A program made the position numbers and the translations under genes. Positions 45,477-54,603 of a stretch of DNA of 64,000 nucleotides are shown here, one piece after another (the stretch's first letter is position 1; each line of letters opens with the position of its first letter). The stretch is from Nitrospirota bacterium (GTDB lineage: Bacteria > Nitrospirota > UBA9217), in contig JAGVOT010000038.1 in NCBI GenBank assembly GCA_020052615.1, positions 43,028-107,027 on the forward strand, in the 5' to 3' direction. The notes under the pieces are model-generated. The model made no database searches, was not told where the DNA came from, and worked only from the letters and a program-made list of their open reading frames with translations.

Positions 45477-45501
45477 AAGCAGGTCGCTTCGCGACCTGCT
45501 T
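45477..45501 (-). terminator. terminator hairpin downstream of 45561..45971
   Basis: Perfect 11-bp stem AAGCAGGTCGC-TTC-GCGACCTGCTT. On the minus strand it is followed by UGUUUUAG, which runs into repeat copy B. Confidence 0.5.
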
Positions 45502-45560
45502 TCGCGGCTCTTGCGACAACTAAATACTGCGCAAGGCTCTTATGCATTCACCGTGCTATT

Positions 45561-45971
45561 CTACCAAGTAGGGATTTCACGGAAGAAATCGGGCGGCCAA
45601 TCATTCGTATATTCGCCCGACCGGTCTACCCCTTTATCGCGGACACCGCCTGCAGAGGAACCCTTCGCAGTTTCGGCTTCATTCTTCAGATAAGCCTCAT
45701 ACAGTTCGGTGCCTGTATCCGTGCCGCTCATGAATTGTATTACATCACCCGTGTCATGCGGCCGGATCACTGGCTCCACGCGTACTCCGCCCGCCGCCGA
45801 TCCGGTTCCAATGGATGCATCATGTTTCAGGAAAGCCTCGTACAATGCTGTGCCGGTATCCTTGCTGGCATTCATGTCCGGCGTTTGGTCGGCATAGGCC
45901 AGCCCGAAGGTAAGCGTGAGTGCTGCTACTGCAGTTACAAGACTAATTGACTTCTTCATTGTGATCTTCAT
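45561..45971 (-). CDS. hypothetical secreted protein with an internal duplication
   Basis: Signal peptide (..LTLTFGLAYA). It has two similar units, DTGTALYEAFLKHDASIGTGSAAGGVR and DTGTELYEAYLKNEAETAKGSSAGGVR. Confidence 0.5.
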   Translation of the reverse strand: MKITMKKSISLVTAVAALTLTFGLAYADQTPDMNASKDTGTALYEAFLKHDASIGTGSAAGGVRVEPVIRPHDTGDVIQFMSGTDTGTELYEAYLKNEAETAKGSSAGGVRDKGVDRSGEYTNDWPPDFFREIPTW

Positions 45972-46172
45972 GGTGTATCTCCTTTTTAGTATTTAGTGTG
46001 CTACTTTCGCTTCCTGTCGTTACAGCTCGTTACACCGCGCAATATCGGCCCTGCGTGATTCACCTCCTTACCTTGAAGCTCGGTGCCTTCATCTCATTTC
46101 TTTCTTTAAAAAAGCATATTGCGTGCCATAAGTACGGCACCAATTACGAGCGGAAATTCAATGTGTTAGATA

Positions 46173-46214
46173 AATCAATAGCGACAGCCTTTAAATCGAT
46201 TGTCGCGATTGATT
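46173..46214. promoter_or_regulatory. 14-nt inverted repeat in a divergent intergenic region (candidate operator)
   Basis: AATCAATAGCGACA (46173-46186) and TGTCGCGATTGATT (46201-46214) are complementary at 13 of 14 positions, with a 14-nt spacer. Confidence 0.3.
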
Positions 46215-46288
46215 CAGCGGGAAGTAGCAAATCATACAAATGAACGATCTCATACAACCAAGCTGCTCATGCATCTTAGAATTTAGAC

Positions 46289-46317
46289 TTGGAACCATTT
46301 GAATACCGTCGTATAAT
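46289..46317 (+). promoter_or_regulatory. sigma-70-like promoter
   Basis: TTGGAA, 17-nt spacer, TATAAT, about 75 nt upstream of ATG 46394. Confidence 0.4.
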
Positions 46318-46393
46318 ACCCGTAAGTCTGTCGATAATTATTCCACTTTTAAACTATCCACTCTATTCAAAGGCTGCGTGGAGTCCAAATATT

Positions 46394-47026
46394 ATGAGAT
46401 TTATCATATTGACCGTCTTTCTCATGCTCGTTGCCGCTCCATCAGCTTCGGCTGGAGACAGGGTAGAGTTGGCAAGCATTGAAAAGACGCTTGTTCCCCA
46501 GGGAGGTAAAATTCTTCCACCGATTATTAACGCGAAATACGAATACTATGAGGTCTGCGGATGCGGCGAGGAGGAATTGCACTGCGATCTAAAGAAAAAG
46601 TGTATCACCTGGACTGACGGAAAGAAATACGATTCGCTCACCAGCTGGGAAATAAAGTGGGATCATGGATTTGACCAGGCATCAAAGACCTGTGCTGTAA
46701 ATTCTTTCAAGCCCATCATTAATATTACCTTCCGCTTTCCCAAGTGGAACCGGACTGACGAGGCTCCGCAGACCCTCATTGAGAAATGGGACCGATACCT
46801 CAACAGCCTTATCGCGCATGAAAATGGACACAGAGATATGGTGGTGGCGGCGGTAAATGATCTTTCCCGCGTTGTGGTGCAATTGCCCCCCGCACCCACA
46901 TGCGCTGATCTTGAGAGAAACATGCGGGACCTGTTCCGCAAGAGCATGGAAAAGATGAAAAAAGACCAGCGTGAGTACGATGAAGCCACGAAACATGGCA
47001 CTTCTCAGGGAGCTGTATTCCCATAG
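46394..47026 (+). CDS. secreted putative Zn-metallopeptidase (DUF922-like)
   Basis: Signal peptide MRFIILTVFLMLVAAPSASA and an HExxH motif (IAHENGH). I prefer the ATG at 46394 to the TTG at 46289. Confidence 0.5.
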   Translation: MRFIILTVFLMLVAAPSASAGDRVELASIEKTLVPQGGKILPPIINAKYEYYEVCGCGEEELHCDLKKKCITWTDGKKYDSLTSWEIKWDHGFDQASKTCAVNSFKPIINITFRFPKWNRTDEAPQTLIEKWDRYLNSLIAHENGHRDMVVAAVNDLSRVVVQLPPAPTCADLERNMRDLFRKSMEKMKKDQREYDEATKHGTSQGAVFP

Positions 47027-47082
47027 CAAGAATCATTGAAACAAACGTGCAATTTTGCTGAGCGTCCTCCTTGAATGGATAA

Positions 47083-47118
47083 GACCTGATCTTTTATCAA
47101 CAAGATCAGGCCTTTTAT
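47083..47118 (+). terminator. intrinsic terminator
   Basis: GACCTGATCTT-N8-AAGATCAGGCC (10 of 11 bp paired), followed by TTTTAT. Confidence 0.6.
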
Positions 47119-47492
47119 AGTCTGGCTCACCCGACAGGATGTTCAGCAAGACTCCTTATAGTGGTACTTTAGAGCAGGGCACATCATCATCTCAACTCTA
47201 GCCTCACAGTCGACTTCCCCTTCCCAGCCTCAAAGTTATTTACTGTAAAGCTCTAGCGCCATGTTCCTGATGGCTCTCTTAGACCCTCTCAGCACTGGCG
47301 GTAACTCGGTAAATGCTCGCTGTAACCACTTCTCCTGCTTTGGATACTTAAACCGGCGTTGCAGCAAACGGTTGGAGTATTTGACTAAATGGTTCATGTG
47401 GTTTCTCACAACAGTTTTTAACCTCAATTTCGCTTTTGGACTGGTGAAACGGGAAAGAGCCCGTCCCTTCTCCGAACGGGCTTATTTTGTTT

Positions 47493-47948
47493 TTATCTTC
47501 TCCACCCGGCCCATGCAGGAACTCCCGATCTGTCCCGCAGGACAAGTACGCTGTCCCCTTTTCTGCACTCTGCCGCGATGATGGCCGGTTTGCCCTCGAA
47601 GGCTGTCCTTGACCCCTTCACCTCGACCTTGTCGCCTTTTTCAAGCTTCACGTCCTGCCGCTCAATGTACCATTCCGGGCCGAGATGAACGGCTATGGTT
47701 TCCTTGTCCGCCTTCAGCACGAGATGGATCCCGGAGTACATCCCCTTCATCGGCGTGATCTTGTCCACTGATTCAACAACGCCCGCAACGGTCTCCACCG
47801 TTGCCGGATTGTACATCCTCTGGTAGGACGAGCCCATGCCCCACCCGCCGCTCCCTCGCCAGCCTTTCCAGGGACCCGCCAGGGCGACAGGAGGAACAAA
47901 AAGTACTGATAACGCAACTGCAACACTGATAATTTTCGCTGTTTTCAT
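47493..47948 (-). CDS. hypothetical periplasmic protein (possibly MamS/MamX-domain-like)
   Basis: Signal peptide, a Gly/Trp-rich linker, then GVVESV...GIHLVLKADKETIAVHLGPEWYIERQDVKLEKGDKVEVKGS. The family name is recalled from memory only. Confidence 0.4.
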   Translation of the reverse strand: MKTAKIISVAVALSVLFVPPVALAGPWKGWRGSGGWGMGSSYQRMYNPATVETVAGVVESVDKITPMKGMYSGIHLVLKADKETIAVHLGPEWYIERQDVKLEKGDKVEVKGSRTAFEGKPAIIAAECRKGDSVLVLRDRSGVPAWAGWRR

Positions 47949-47970
47949 GACCGCCTCCTTTGAGCCTGGA

Positions 47971-49074
47971 TTATTTCATCGTGATGCCGGTACTATCCGC
48001 TTTGGGCAAAATAAAGCTGAAGGTGCTTCCTTTCCCGGGCGAGCTCGCCACTCCGATCCTCCCGCCGTGAGCCTCCACGACCGTTTTGACAATGAACAAT
48101 CCGAGCCCAGACCCTTTTGAGTCTCTGCTCACCCGATAGAACGCGTCGAATATATAGGGCAGCCTATCTTCCGGTATTCCTCTGCCTGTGTCGGTTATCT
48201 CAACAAGAATATCGCTGGCGTTCCCGGAAAGGCGGGCGCGAATGGTCCCGCCCGGGTCCGTATAGGCAATCGCATTGTCGAGGAGGTTGGCGATGGCCCG
48301 GCCGATCATCGCCGGGTCGGCGACGATCGTGCATGGAATTTCCCCGGAAGCCTGAAAGAGAACGGCTATATCCTTCTTCTCCGCCTCGATCTTCGCGGCC
48401 TCGACGTTCCGGCGCAGGGCCATTTCCATATCAAACGGGCGCGGATTCAGCACATAGGCCTTCGCCTCAATGCGCGAGAATTCGAGAAAATCCGCCAGCA
48501 AGTCGGACACCTTATAAATCTCTTCCCGTATTGTTTCGAGATGGCCGGTCTGCTTTTCCGTGAGCGCGCCGGCCTTGCCTGAAAGCAGTCGTGACAGATA
48601 TCCTCCCGCTGTGGTAATCGGGTTCTTCATGTCGTGGGCGAACATGGAAAGAATATTCTTCCGCTCCCGTTCGAGCCGTTTTGCGGCGCTGATGTCCCTG
48701 AAGACCTCAACGGCGCCTGAAAGGTCCCCGTTATCGTCAATAAGCGGAAAGGTCGTAACGGAAAGAACGGCATGTTCTCCGTCCTTCTTTCGTATCGAGG
48801 TTTCCGCCGCAACGGCCCGTTCCTTCCGCGAGAGGGCATGCTTCAACACAGGACACGCATCTCTGTCGGAAGCGCCGTGGAGAATTTCAAAGTGAGGCTT
48901 GCCGATCACTTCATCCCGGGAATAGCCCGTTATTTCAGCGGCGGCAGCATTGAAATCGACAATGATCCCGTCTTTATCGAGTATGGAAAAACCTATGGGA
49001 AGATTTTGTATGACGATATTGTATATTTCTCGTTTTTCCACGTTGTTCCCCCGGGTCCATCTAAGCTCCCTCAA
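47971..49074 (-). CDS. cytoplasmic PAS-domain sensor histidine kinase
   Basis: PAS domain (ILDKDGIIVDFNAAAAEITGYSRDEVIG), H-box FAHDMKNPIT, N-box NLLDNAIAY, G1 DTGRGIP, G2 GSGLGL. I see no TM segment and no response regulator nearby. Confidence 0.9.
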   Translation of the reverse strand: MRELRWTRGNNVEKREIYNIVIQNLPIGFSILDKDGIIVDFNAAAAEITGYSRDEVIGKPHFEILHGASDRDACPVLKHALSRKERAVAAETSIRKKDGEHAVLSVTTFPLIDDNGDLSGAVEVFRDISAAKRLERERKNILSMFAHDMKNPITTAGGYLSRLLSGKAGALTEKQTGHLETIREEIYKVSDLLADFLEFSRIEAKAYVLNPRPFDMEMALRRNVEAAKIEAEKKDIAVLFQASGEIPCTIVADPAMIGRAIANLLDNAIAYTDPGGTIRARLSGNASDILVEITDTGRGIPEDRLPYIFDAFYRVSRDSKGSGLGLFIVKTVVEAHGGRIGVASSPGKGSTFSFILPKADSTGITMK

Positions 49075-50026
49075 TCGGCCTGAGCCTCCTCGCGTAGAAC
49101 CTCTTGCCTTCGTATTCTATCTCTATGAGTCGTCCCCGTGCAATCAATTTGCTAATAATCGACCAATCTCCCCGCGTCCGGGCCAGGAGAGCCCTGACGG
49201 CTTCCTCCCTCATCGGATGCACGGCCGTGACGCTCAAAAGGTCTTCCTCGACATTTCCCGTCGAGGCAAAGGCATCACCCTCATAGCCGATGAGGCACTC
49301 CGCTTGGTCGATGACGTTGCTGATTATCTGGTACGCCCTGCTTACTGCTTCCTCCCTTGGCTGCTTCGCCCACTTTTCTGCGGGAGGTCTCGTGGGAACG
49401 GACACGTAGGCTTTTGCCGGCTGCAGCTTCGCCAGAAACCCGGCTATCTCTCTTATCGGTTCCTCGCCGTCGTTCAGGTCTTTTACGAGCATTGTTTCGG
49501 TCACTAAAATGCCGTTGTACATTTTCGAGAATTCAAGCATTCCCTCCAGGATCGCGTCGAGCCGCAGGGCACGGTGCGGCCGATTGCACCTTCGCCACAC
49601 ATCGTGCCTGAGGGAATCGAGCTTGAGGGAAACCCAGTCTGCTTTTCCTAACTCGTTTCTGACATCTTCGCGCCCGAGGAGGGAGGAGTTCGTAATGACC
49701 GCGATCTTATATCCGCATGTCTTGAGCAGATCGATCTCTCTGCCAAGCTTGATATCCATCGTCGGCTCCCCATCAGGCACGAAAGTAATATAATCGATGC
49801 TTTCGTTCGCTTTCTCCGCTTTCGCAATCTTGGCCTCGACAGTTTCAAGGATCGCCTCGGGTTCGTAGAACGAGCTTCGCTCCGACCCCATCCCTGTCGT
49901 TCGCCCCAGCTGGCAATACACGCAGGAATAGGTGCAGATCTTCGGCGGAATATTGTTCACTCCCAGGCTGCGCCCGAGCCGCCTCGACGGCACCGGCCCG
50001 TAGGCTTTCATGATGTTGTCCTGCAT
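49061..50026 (-). CDS. radical SAM protein (COG0731-like, unknown function)
   Basis: GPVPSRRLGRSLGVNNIPPKICTYSCVYCQLG contains the CxxxCxxC motif. Start set at ATG 50026 (GAGGAA 6 nt upstream). The 95-codon upstream extension in the track overlaps another gene. Confidence 0.8.
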   Translation of the reverse strand: MQDNIMKAYGPVPSRRLGRSLGVNNIPPKICTYSCVYCQLGRTTGMGSERSSFYEPEAILETVEAKIAKAEKANESIDYITFVPDGEPTMDIKLGREIDLLKTCGYKIAVITNSSLLGREDVRNELGKADWVSLKLDSLRHDVWRRCNRPHRALRLDAILEGMLEFSKMYNGILVTETMLVKDLNDGEEPIREIAGFLAKLQPAKAYVSVPTRPPAEKWAKQPREEAVSRAYQIISNVIDQAECLIGYEGDAFASTGNVEEDLLSVTAVHPMREEAVRALLARTRGDWSIISKLIARGRLIEIEYEGKRFYARRLRPIEGA

Positions 50027-50133
50027 CGGGGATTCCTCACTCGGGGGCGCTGCCGCGCCGAACGCGTGCTGATGCACCCTGGCCTTGACCGATAAAGCGG
50101 GAAGGGTCCGACAACCCTTCCCGGAGCCCCGCC

Positions 50134-50346
50134 TTATTTGGATTTCTCCAGTTCCTTCAGGTCTTCCTCGGCAGCCTTTAATTCCACCTTCAGCATCTCG
50201 ATGTGTTCCTTGAGGTCTTCCACTTCTTCTTCCCGTGTCGGCCTGCCGGCCATCCAGGGAGACGGGGGTGGCGCATACGGGACATAGTGATGCCATTGGC
50301 AGTATGGCCAATAGAGCCTTAAACGCCGTCTTGATCGCAACGGCAT
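50134..50346 (-). CDS. small aromatic/Pro-rich protein with a C-terminal coiled coil (DUF5320-like tail)
   Basis: 70 aa from ATG 50346 (AGGAGG upstream): MPLRSRRRLRLYWPYCQWHHYVPYAPPPSPWMAGRPTREEEVEDLKEHIEMLKVELKAAEEDLKELEKSK. Confidence 0.45.
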   Translation of the reverse strand: MPLRSRRRLRLYWPYCQWHHYVPYAPPPSPWMAGRPTREEEVEDLKEHIEMLKVELKAAEEDLKELEKSK

Positions 50347-50477
50347 GATCTTCGCCTCCTTTCCTGTTGAATATAGGAACAGGCCGGGACGCGCCCCGCT
50401 AAGGAACTCGCGACCAACAAGCCCCATAAGAACGGGTCCGGGAGATTCTTCCATCAAGGTTCTCAGGCATTTGAGCT

Positions 50478-51518
50478 CTATAGTCCCACCCCGTCTATCC
50501 GGGTCTTGCACTTCGGACATTTTCCATCTGTCAATGCATTCTCTCTAATTTCTAAACCATATCTTTTTATAATAAGCTCTCCGCAACCATAACAAAACGT
50601 ATTTTCTCCGCCCTCGCCGGGTACATTCCCTTCATAGACATATCGCAGTCCCGCTTTTATGCCGATCTCTCTCGCCTTTCTCAGAGATTCCACGGGAGTA
50701 GGAGGGACATCAAGAAGTCTGTACGCGGGATAAAATGCGGTAACATGCCAGGGGATATTTTCATCCACGCTTTTAATAAACCCGGCTATTCCTTTCAGTT
50801 GATTCTCATCGTCGCTGTACCCCGGGATGATCAAGGTTGTCACTTCCACCCATACCCCAAGCTCTTTATAGAGCCTGATGGTATCAAGGACGGGCTGGAG
50901 CTTTGCGCCGCACACTTTATGGTAGAAGTCTTCGCTGAAGCCCTTTAAATCTACGTTTGCAGCATCGAGGAATGGCGCGATTTCCTTGATAGCCTCAGCG
51001 CTCGTGTATCCATTGGTAACAAATAGGTTCTTAATCCCTTCATTATGCGCTAGCTTTGCCGTATCATAAGCATATTCAAAAAAGATGGTCGGTTCTGTAT
51101 AGGTATAAGCAATGCTTTTGCAGCCCCTGCTCCCGGCTTCAGCCACGATGTTCCCGGGCAGCAGTTCTTCTCCGATGATCCTCCCTTCCTTCCCTTTCGG
51201 CATCTGGGAGATGTCCCAATTCTGGCAGTTGAGGCACCGGAAGTTGCAGCCCACGGTCGCTATGGAATACGCCGTGCTTCCCGGATAAAAATTGAAGAAC
51301 GGCTTCTTCTCGATAGGATCGATGCCCGTTGACACGGATCGGCCGTACACCAGTGAATAGAGCTTCCCCTCGCGGTTCTCCCGGACACCGCAGATCCCCC
51401 GCTTGCCCTCCTTGATCACGCATTGATGATTGCAGAGATGACATCGTACATTCCCATTGAATTTTTCACAAAACATTGCTTCTTTCATGTCTCGAATCTC
51501 CTGCATTCTTTCTATCAT
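50478..51518 (-). CDS. AmmeMemoRadiSam-system radical SAM enzyme
   Basis: N-terminal [23 protein letters not shown], then [16 protein letters not shown], which is the family pattern. Confidence 0.75.
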   Translation of the reverse strand: MIERMQEIRDMKEAMFCEKFNGNVRCHLCNHQCVIKEGKRGICGVRENREGKLYSLVYGRSVSTGIDPIEKKPFFNFYPGSTAYSIATVGCNFRCLNCQNWDISQMPKGKEGRIIGEELLPGNIVAEAGSRGCKSIAYTYTEPTIFFEYAYDTAKLAHNEGIKNLFVTNGYTSAEAIKEIAPFLDAANVDLKGFSEDFYHKVCGAKLQPVLDTIRLYKELGVWVEVTTLIIPGYSDDENQLKGIAGFIKSVDENIPWHVTAFYPAYRLLDVPPTPVESLRKAREIGIKAGLRYVYEGNVPGEGGENTFCYGCGELIIKRYGLEIRENALTDGKCPKCKTRIDGVGL

Positions 51519-52225
51519 TTTCTGACTTCCGTTTCTCTTCCCATGTAGTAATGAGTACGCGCCTTCAGGGCATCATCCAGTTCATAGACCAGTGGAATGC
51601 CGGTCGGAATTTCGAATCTCATGATATCTTCATCGGAAACGTTATCGAGATGCTTGACCAGAGCGCGGAGGCTGTTGCCGTGGGCTGAGATCAATAACGT
51701 TTTATCCTCTCTCAGGCCCGGCACGATCGCAGCATGCCAGAAAGGAAGAACTCGATTGAGTGTATCTTTGAGGGATTCGCTACTGGGCAGTTCTTCCTGC
51801 GACAGATCGGCATACCGTGGATCATACCGCGGATGCCGGGGATCGGCAATGGCCAGAGCAGGCGGCCGGACATCATAACTGCGCCGCCAGATGTGGACCT
51901 GTTCAGCGCCGTATTTTTGCGCTGTGTCTTTTTTATCAAGCCCCTGAAGAGCGCCATAATGCCGCTCATTGAGCCTCCATGAGCAATGCACGGGAACCCA
52001 CATAAGGTCCATCTCATCCAGAACGATCCACAGCGTCCTGATAGCGCGTTTGAGGACGGATGTATGGGCCGCGTTGAAGGCGTATCCCTCCGCCTTGAGC
52101 ATCTTCCCGACCTGGTGGGCTTCCCGAACACCCTGATCGGAAAGGTCTACATCGGTCCAGCCGGTAAATTTATTCTCCAGGTTCCACATGCTCTGGCTGT
52201 GGCGCAGGAGCACCAGTTTTTTCAT
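51515..52225 (-). CDS. gpmA: 2,3-bisphosphoglycerate-dependent phosphoglycerate mutase
   Basis: [29 protein letters not shown]..., [34 protein letters not shown]. Start set at ATG 52225. Confidence 0.85.
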   Translation of the reverse strand: MKKLVLLRHSQSMWNLENKFTGWTDVDLSDQGVREAHQVGKMLKAEGYAFNAAHTSVLKRAIRTLWIVLDEMDLMWVPVHCSWRLNERHYGALQGLDKKDTAQKYGAEQVHIWRRSYDVRPPALAIADPRHPRYDPRYADLSQEELPSSESLKDTLNRVLPFWHAAIVPGLREDKTLLISAHGNSLRALVKHLDNVSDEDIMRFEIPTGIPLVYELDDALKARTHYYMGRETEVRK

Positions 52226-52431
52226 TTGAGTTCTGCCTTCTTTTGATGAACAATAAACCCTCAAATCCTTCAACGCGACCTTATCCTTAGAGACATTTTT
52301 CATCGAAATGAGGATGCCCCGGCCGTCCACGACCGGGATATCGGCCGGTCCGGGGGAGAGCGGCGAGGATCTCCATCCTGAACATCCTCTTTATCGTCGG
52401 CCGCCTCTGAAATCTGCACCGAAACGGCGCA

Positions 52432-52905
52432 CTACTTCCCTTCCACCTGCGTCGTCAGGAAGATGGGCAGCGTCATATGCGAGACCTGGTCCTGGAGCTC
52501 CTCGATCTCGTCGATATGCCGGTCCTCGTCATTCAGGATGCGCTCGAGCACCTCGCGCGTGGCGAAATCGTTCAGTTCCCCCGCCTGTTTTATCGCGGCA
52601 TTGTACGCCGCGATGGCTCCTTCTTCCGCGGCATGATCATTGGCGAGCTGCTTGGGAATATCGCTGCCGATGTGCATCTCCTTCAGATTGGACACGACGG
52701 GAAGGCCTTCGAGAAAGAGTATCCTCCCGATGAGCTTCTCGGCGTGCTTCATCTCGACAATGGCGCGCTTCTCTATCTGCTGGTGCAGTTTCTCGTAGCC
52801 CCAGCTCGCGCACATTTCGGAATGCACCATGTACTGGTTGATCGCGGTCAGTTCGTCGGCCAAAAGCGAATTCAACGTCTCGATCAGCTTCTGATTTCCT
52901 TTCAT
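52432..52905 (-). CDS. bfr: bacterioferritin
   Basis: MKGNQKLIETLNSLLADELTAINQYMVHS...EMKHAEKLI...DEDRHIDEIE shows the ferroxidase ligands and the haem Met. Confidence 0.9.
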   Translation of the reverse strand: MKGNQKLIETLNSLLADELTAINQYMVHSEMCASWGYEKLHQQIEKRAIVEMKHAEKLIGRILFLEGLPVVSNLKEMHIGSDIPKQLANDHAAEEGAIAAYNAAIKQAGELNDFATREVLERILNDEDRHIDEIEELQDQVSHMTLPIFLTTQVEGK

Positions 52906-52919
52906 CTGAATGCCCTCCT

Positions 52920-53342
52920 TTATATATACTGATGGATCAACTCACGCCGTTGATCGTCCTGGTTCCCCATGCCTCTTCGTCCAAGTTCGGTTTCGGCGTC
53001 TGCTCGGTCGGCGCCGGGAGGATCGGAAATTCGACTTTCGGCTGGGTCCCGGTGGTCGTCTTCAGGAAATTCGGCGATCCTGTCCACTTCTGCATCGGTC
53101 AGCGTCGCGCCCAGCTGGGCGGTACCCATGATCCGCACCGTCTCCTTGAGACCCCAGACCTTTCCCGAATGGAAATAGGGAGGCGTCAAATCGATGTTCC
53201 TGGGCGACGGGGACTTAAAGACATATTCGTCCGACTTTGATAGGGATATCTTGTAGCGCCCCGTGTCGCGAAACAGCATCTCCTCGCTGCCGCACTCGCA
53301 GGAATAACGAATCGCGTTCGTCTGGCGCACCCTCTGTATCAC
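52920..53342 (-). pseudogene. di-haem cytochrome c peroxidase remnant (C-terminal third, frameshifted)
   Basis: FKSPSPRNIDLTPPYFHSGKVWGLKETVRIMGTAQLGATLTDAEVDRIAEF matches the CCP C-terminus. The expected continuation LKTTTGTQPKVEFPILPAP... is in another frame, with a 1-nt indel near 53060-53073. The CxxCH is degraded to CECGS and the N-terminal two-thirds are absent. Confidence 0.7.
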
Positions 53343-53378
53343 CTTGGTCGCTTTCAGTCTCTTGCTGTCAGCAGAGTC

Positions 53379-54593
53379 TTACAGGTAATTCTTCACCGAA
53401 ATGACTATGCCCAGGCCGGCCACGACCGCGATCCAGAGCAGGAGCAGGGCCAGGCCGGCGCTCCCCCACCTGTGCATCGCAGGCGAAGCAGTGTACTGCC
53501 CCGCGGTCCTGCCCGACGCATAGGCGACGTACACCGGGTAGCTCACGATGAACATCCCGGCGATAAAGGTGCAGAAAAACAAGGCTGTGCTCCCGAGGTC
53601 GAGGTTCAGCTTGTGGTCAAAGATCGAATAGCCGAAGCGCCCCACATACTTCATCCTCAGGGCCTCGCGCGAATAGGACATGGCAAAAATAGTCAGGAAC
53701 GCCCATATACTGGAAGGCACTGCGTATCTAAAAGGATCTTTTCTGGCACGGTACAGGTAAAACAGGAGTGAAACGCCCATCCCCGCCGCGACGAGAAAGA
53801 ACGGGTCCCTGAAGAAGCGGAACTCCGGGGGCAGGCTGAACAGCCACCAGACGCCGACGAGCGCCTGGAGGGCGGTAAAAAGAAAGGCCATTCCCGCTCC
53901 CGTGCCGGCAACCCATGCGAGCTGCTCTCTGTCCCTGTCCGCCCTGTCCTTGAAGTACCATGCGTAGAGCATCAGGAACAGCCCCGTCATGGCAAAGGAA
54001 GGGACCACGAAATGCAGGAACCTCGGGAGCTGGAAGGCGTGCAGCGAGGTCCCCGATGCATTCACGCTGTTGCCCTCGATGTACCAATGAAGCCATTTCT
54101 CCGGCAGGAGAAGCTGGTACCCGAGGACGTGCATGATGACGCCGGCGAGCAGGAAAAGCGCGAAGGACAGCAGGCCGATCGCGCCGAAACCGGCTCCCCT
54201 GCCGGGTCGCCCTTTGAGATAATAAACGTACGTCAGGCCGTAACCGAGCATCAGGATCGCGATGAACCCCAGGGCCCAGGCGGCGGAAAGCACGTTGGAC
54301 GCGTACCAGAAGGGATCGTACACCACCTGCACGAACAGGAGCGGCGCAATACCGAAAAGGATCGCCAGTGAGGCGTTGGGTGTGGTTGCCTTCGCGAGGG
54401 ACCGGGAAAGGCCCCCCCAGTGTTCGTTGCCCCGCGCAGATCCGTATGCGGCGAGGAAGGACAGCCCCAGGGTGAAGTTCACAAACAGGATATGAACGGC
54501 AAAGGTGAGGACCATCAGGAACTGAAACAGAATCGGGTAAAAGGGGATCCCCATGGGATCCTGCAGCGTTTTCACCATCGTTCCGGTGTCCAT
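53379..54593 (-). CDS. cytochrome bd-like membrane subunit (partner of 54604..55914)
   Basis: 404 aa and polytopic. The N-terminal helix with FAVHILFVNFTLG resembles the CydA helix-1 His context. Confidence 0.5.
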   Translation of the reverse strand: MDTGTMVKTLQDPMGIPFYPILFQFLMVLTFAVHILFVNFTLGLSFLAAYGSARGNEHWGGLSRSLAKATTPNASLAILFGIAPLLFVQVVYDPFWYASNVLSAAWALGFIAILMLGYGLTYVYYLKGRPGRGAGFGAIGLLSFALFLLAGVIMHVLGYQLLLPEKWLHWYIEGNSVNASGTSLHAFQLPRFLHFVVPSFAMTGLFLMLYAWYFKDRADRDREQLAWVAGTGAGMAFLFTALQALVGVWWLFSLPPEFRFFRDPFFLVAAGMGVSLLFYLYRARKDPFRYAVPSSIWAFLTIFAMSYSREALRMKYVGRFGYSIFDHKLNLDLGSTALFFCTFIAGMFIVSYPVYVAYASGRTAGQYTASPAMHRWGSAGLALLLLWIAVVAGLGIVISVKNYL

Positions 54594-54603
54594 AGCCTCC
54601 TCC

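Noticed and set aside
47236-47427. The 63-aa ORF (MRLKTVVRNHMNHLVKYSNRLLQRRFKYPKQEKWLQRAF...) as a remnant of a mobile-element protein (maturase, transposase or integrase).
   Set aside because: The basic, helical composition is suggestive. I could not match any diagnostic motif, I saw no group II intron domain V/VI-like structure nearby, and an equally long ORF exists on the opposite strand in this AT-rich stretch.
50027-50311. N-terminal extensions of track ORFs: 49061..50311 (95 extra codons), 60738..61724 (34 extra), 62760..63419 (101 extra), 7607..8452, 59060..60043 and 51515..52330.
   Set aside because: The extensions are Arg/Gly/Pro-rich and overlap other supported features (the DUF5320-like ORF, the psd remnant, the DUF5320 gene). 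Internal ATGs with Shine-Dalgarno sequences give N-termini typical of each family.
52184-52213. gpmA catalytic motif reads [10 protein letters not shown] instead of the usual RHG(E/Q)S.WN, possibly indicating a non-canonical enzyme.
   Set aside because: It is a single Gly-to-Ser difference next to the catalytic His, and every other dPGM block is intact. Without an alignment I cannot say it lies outside natural variation.
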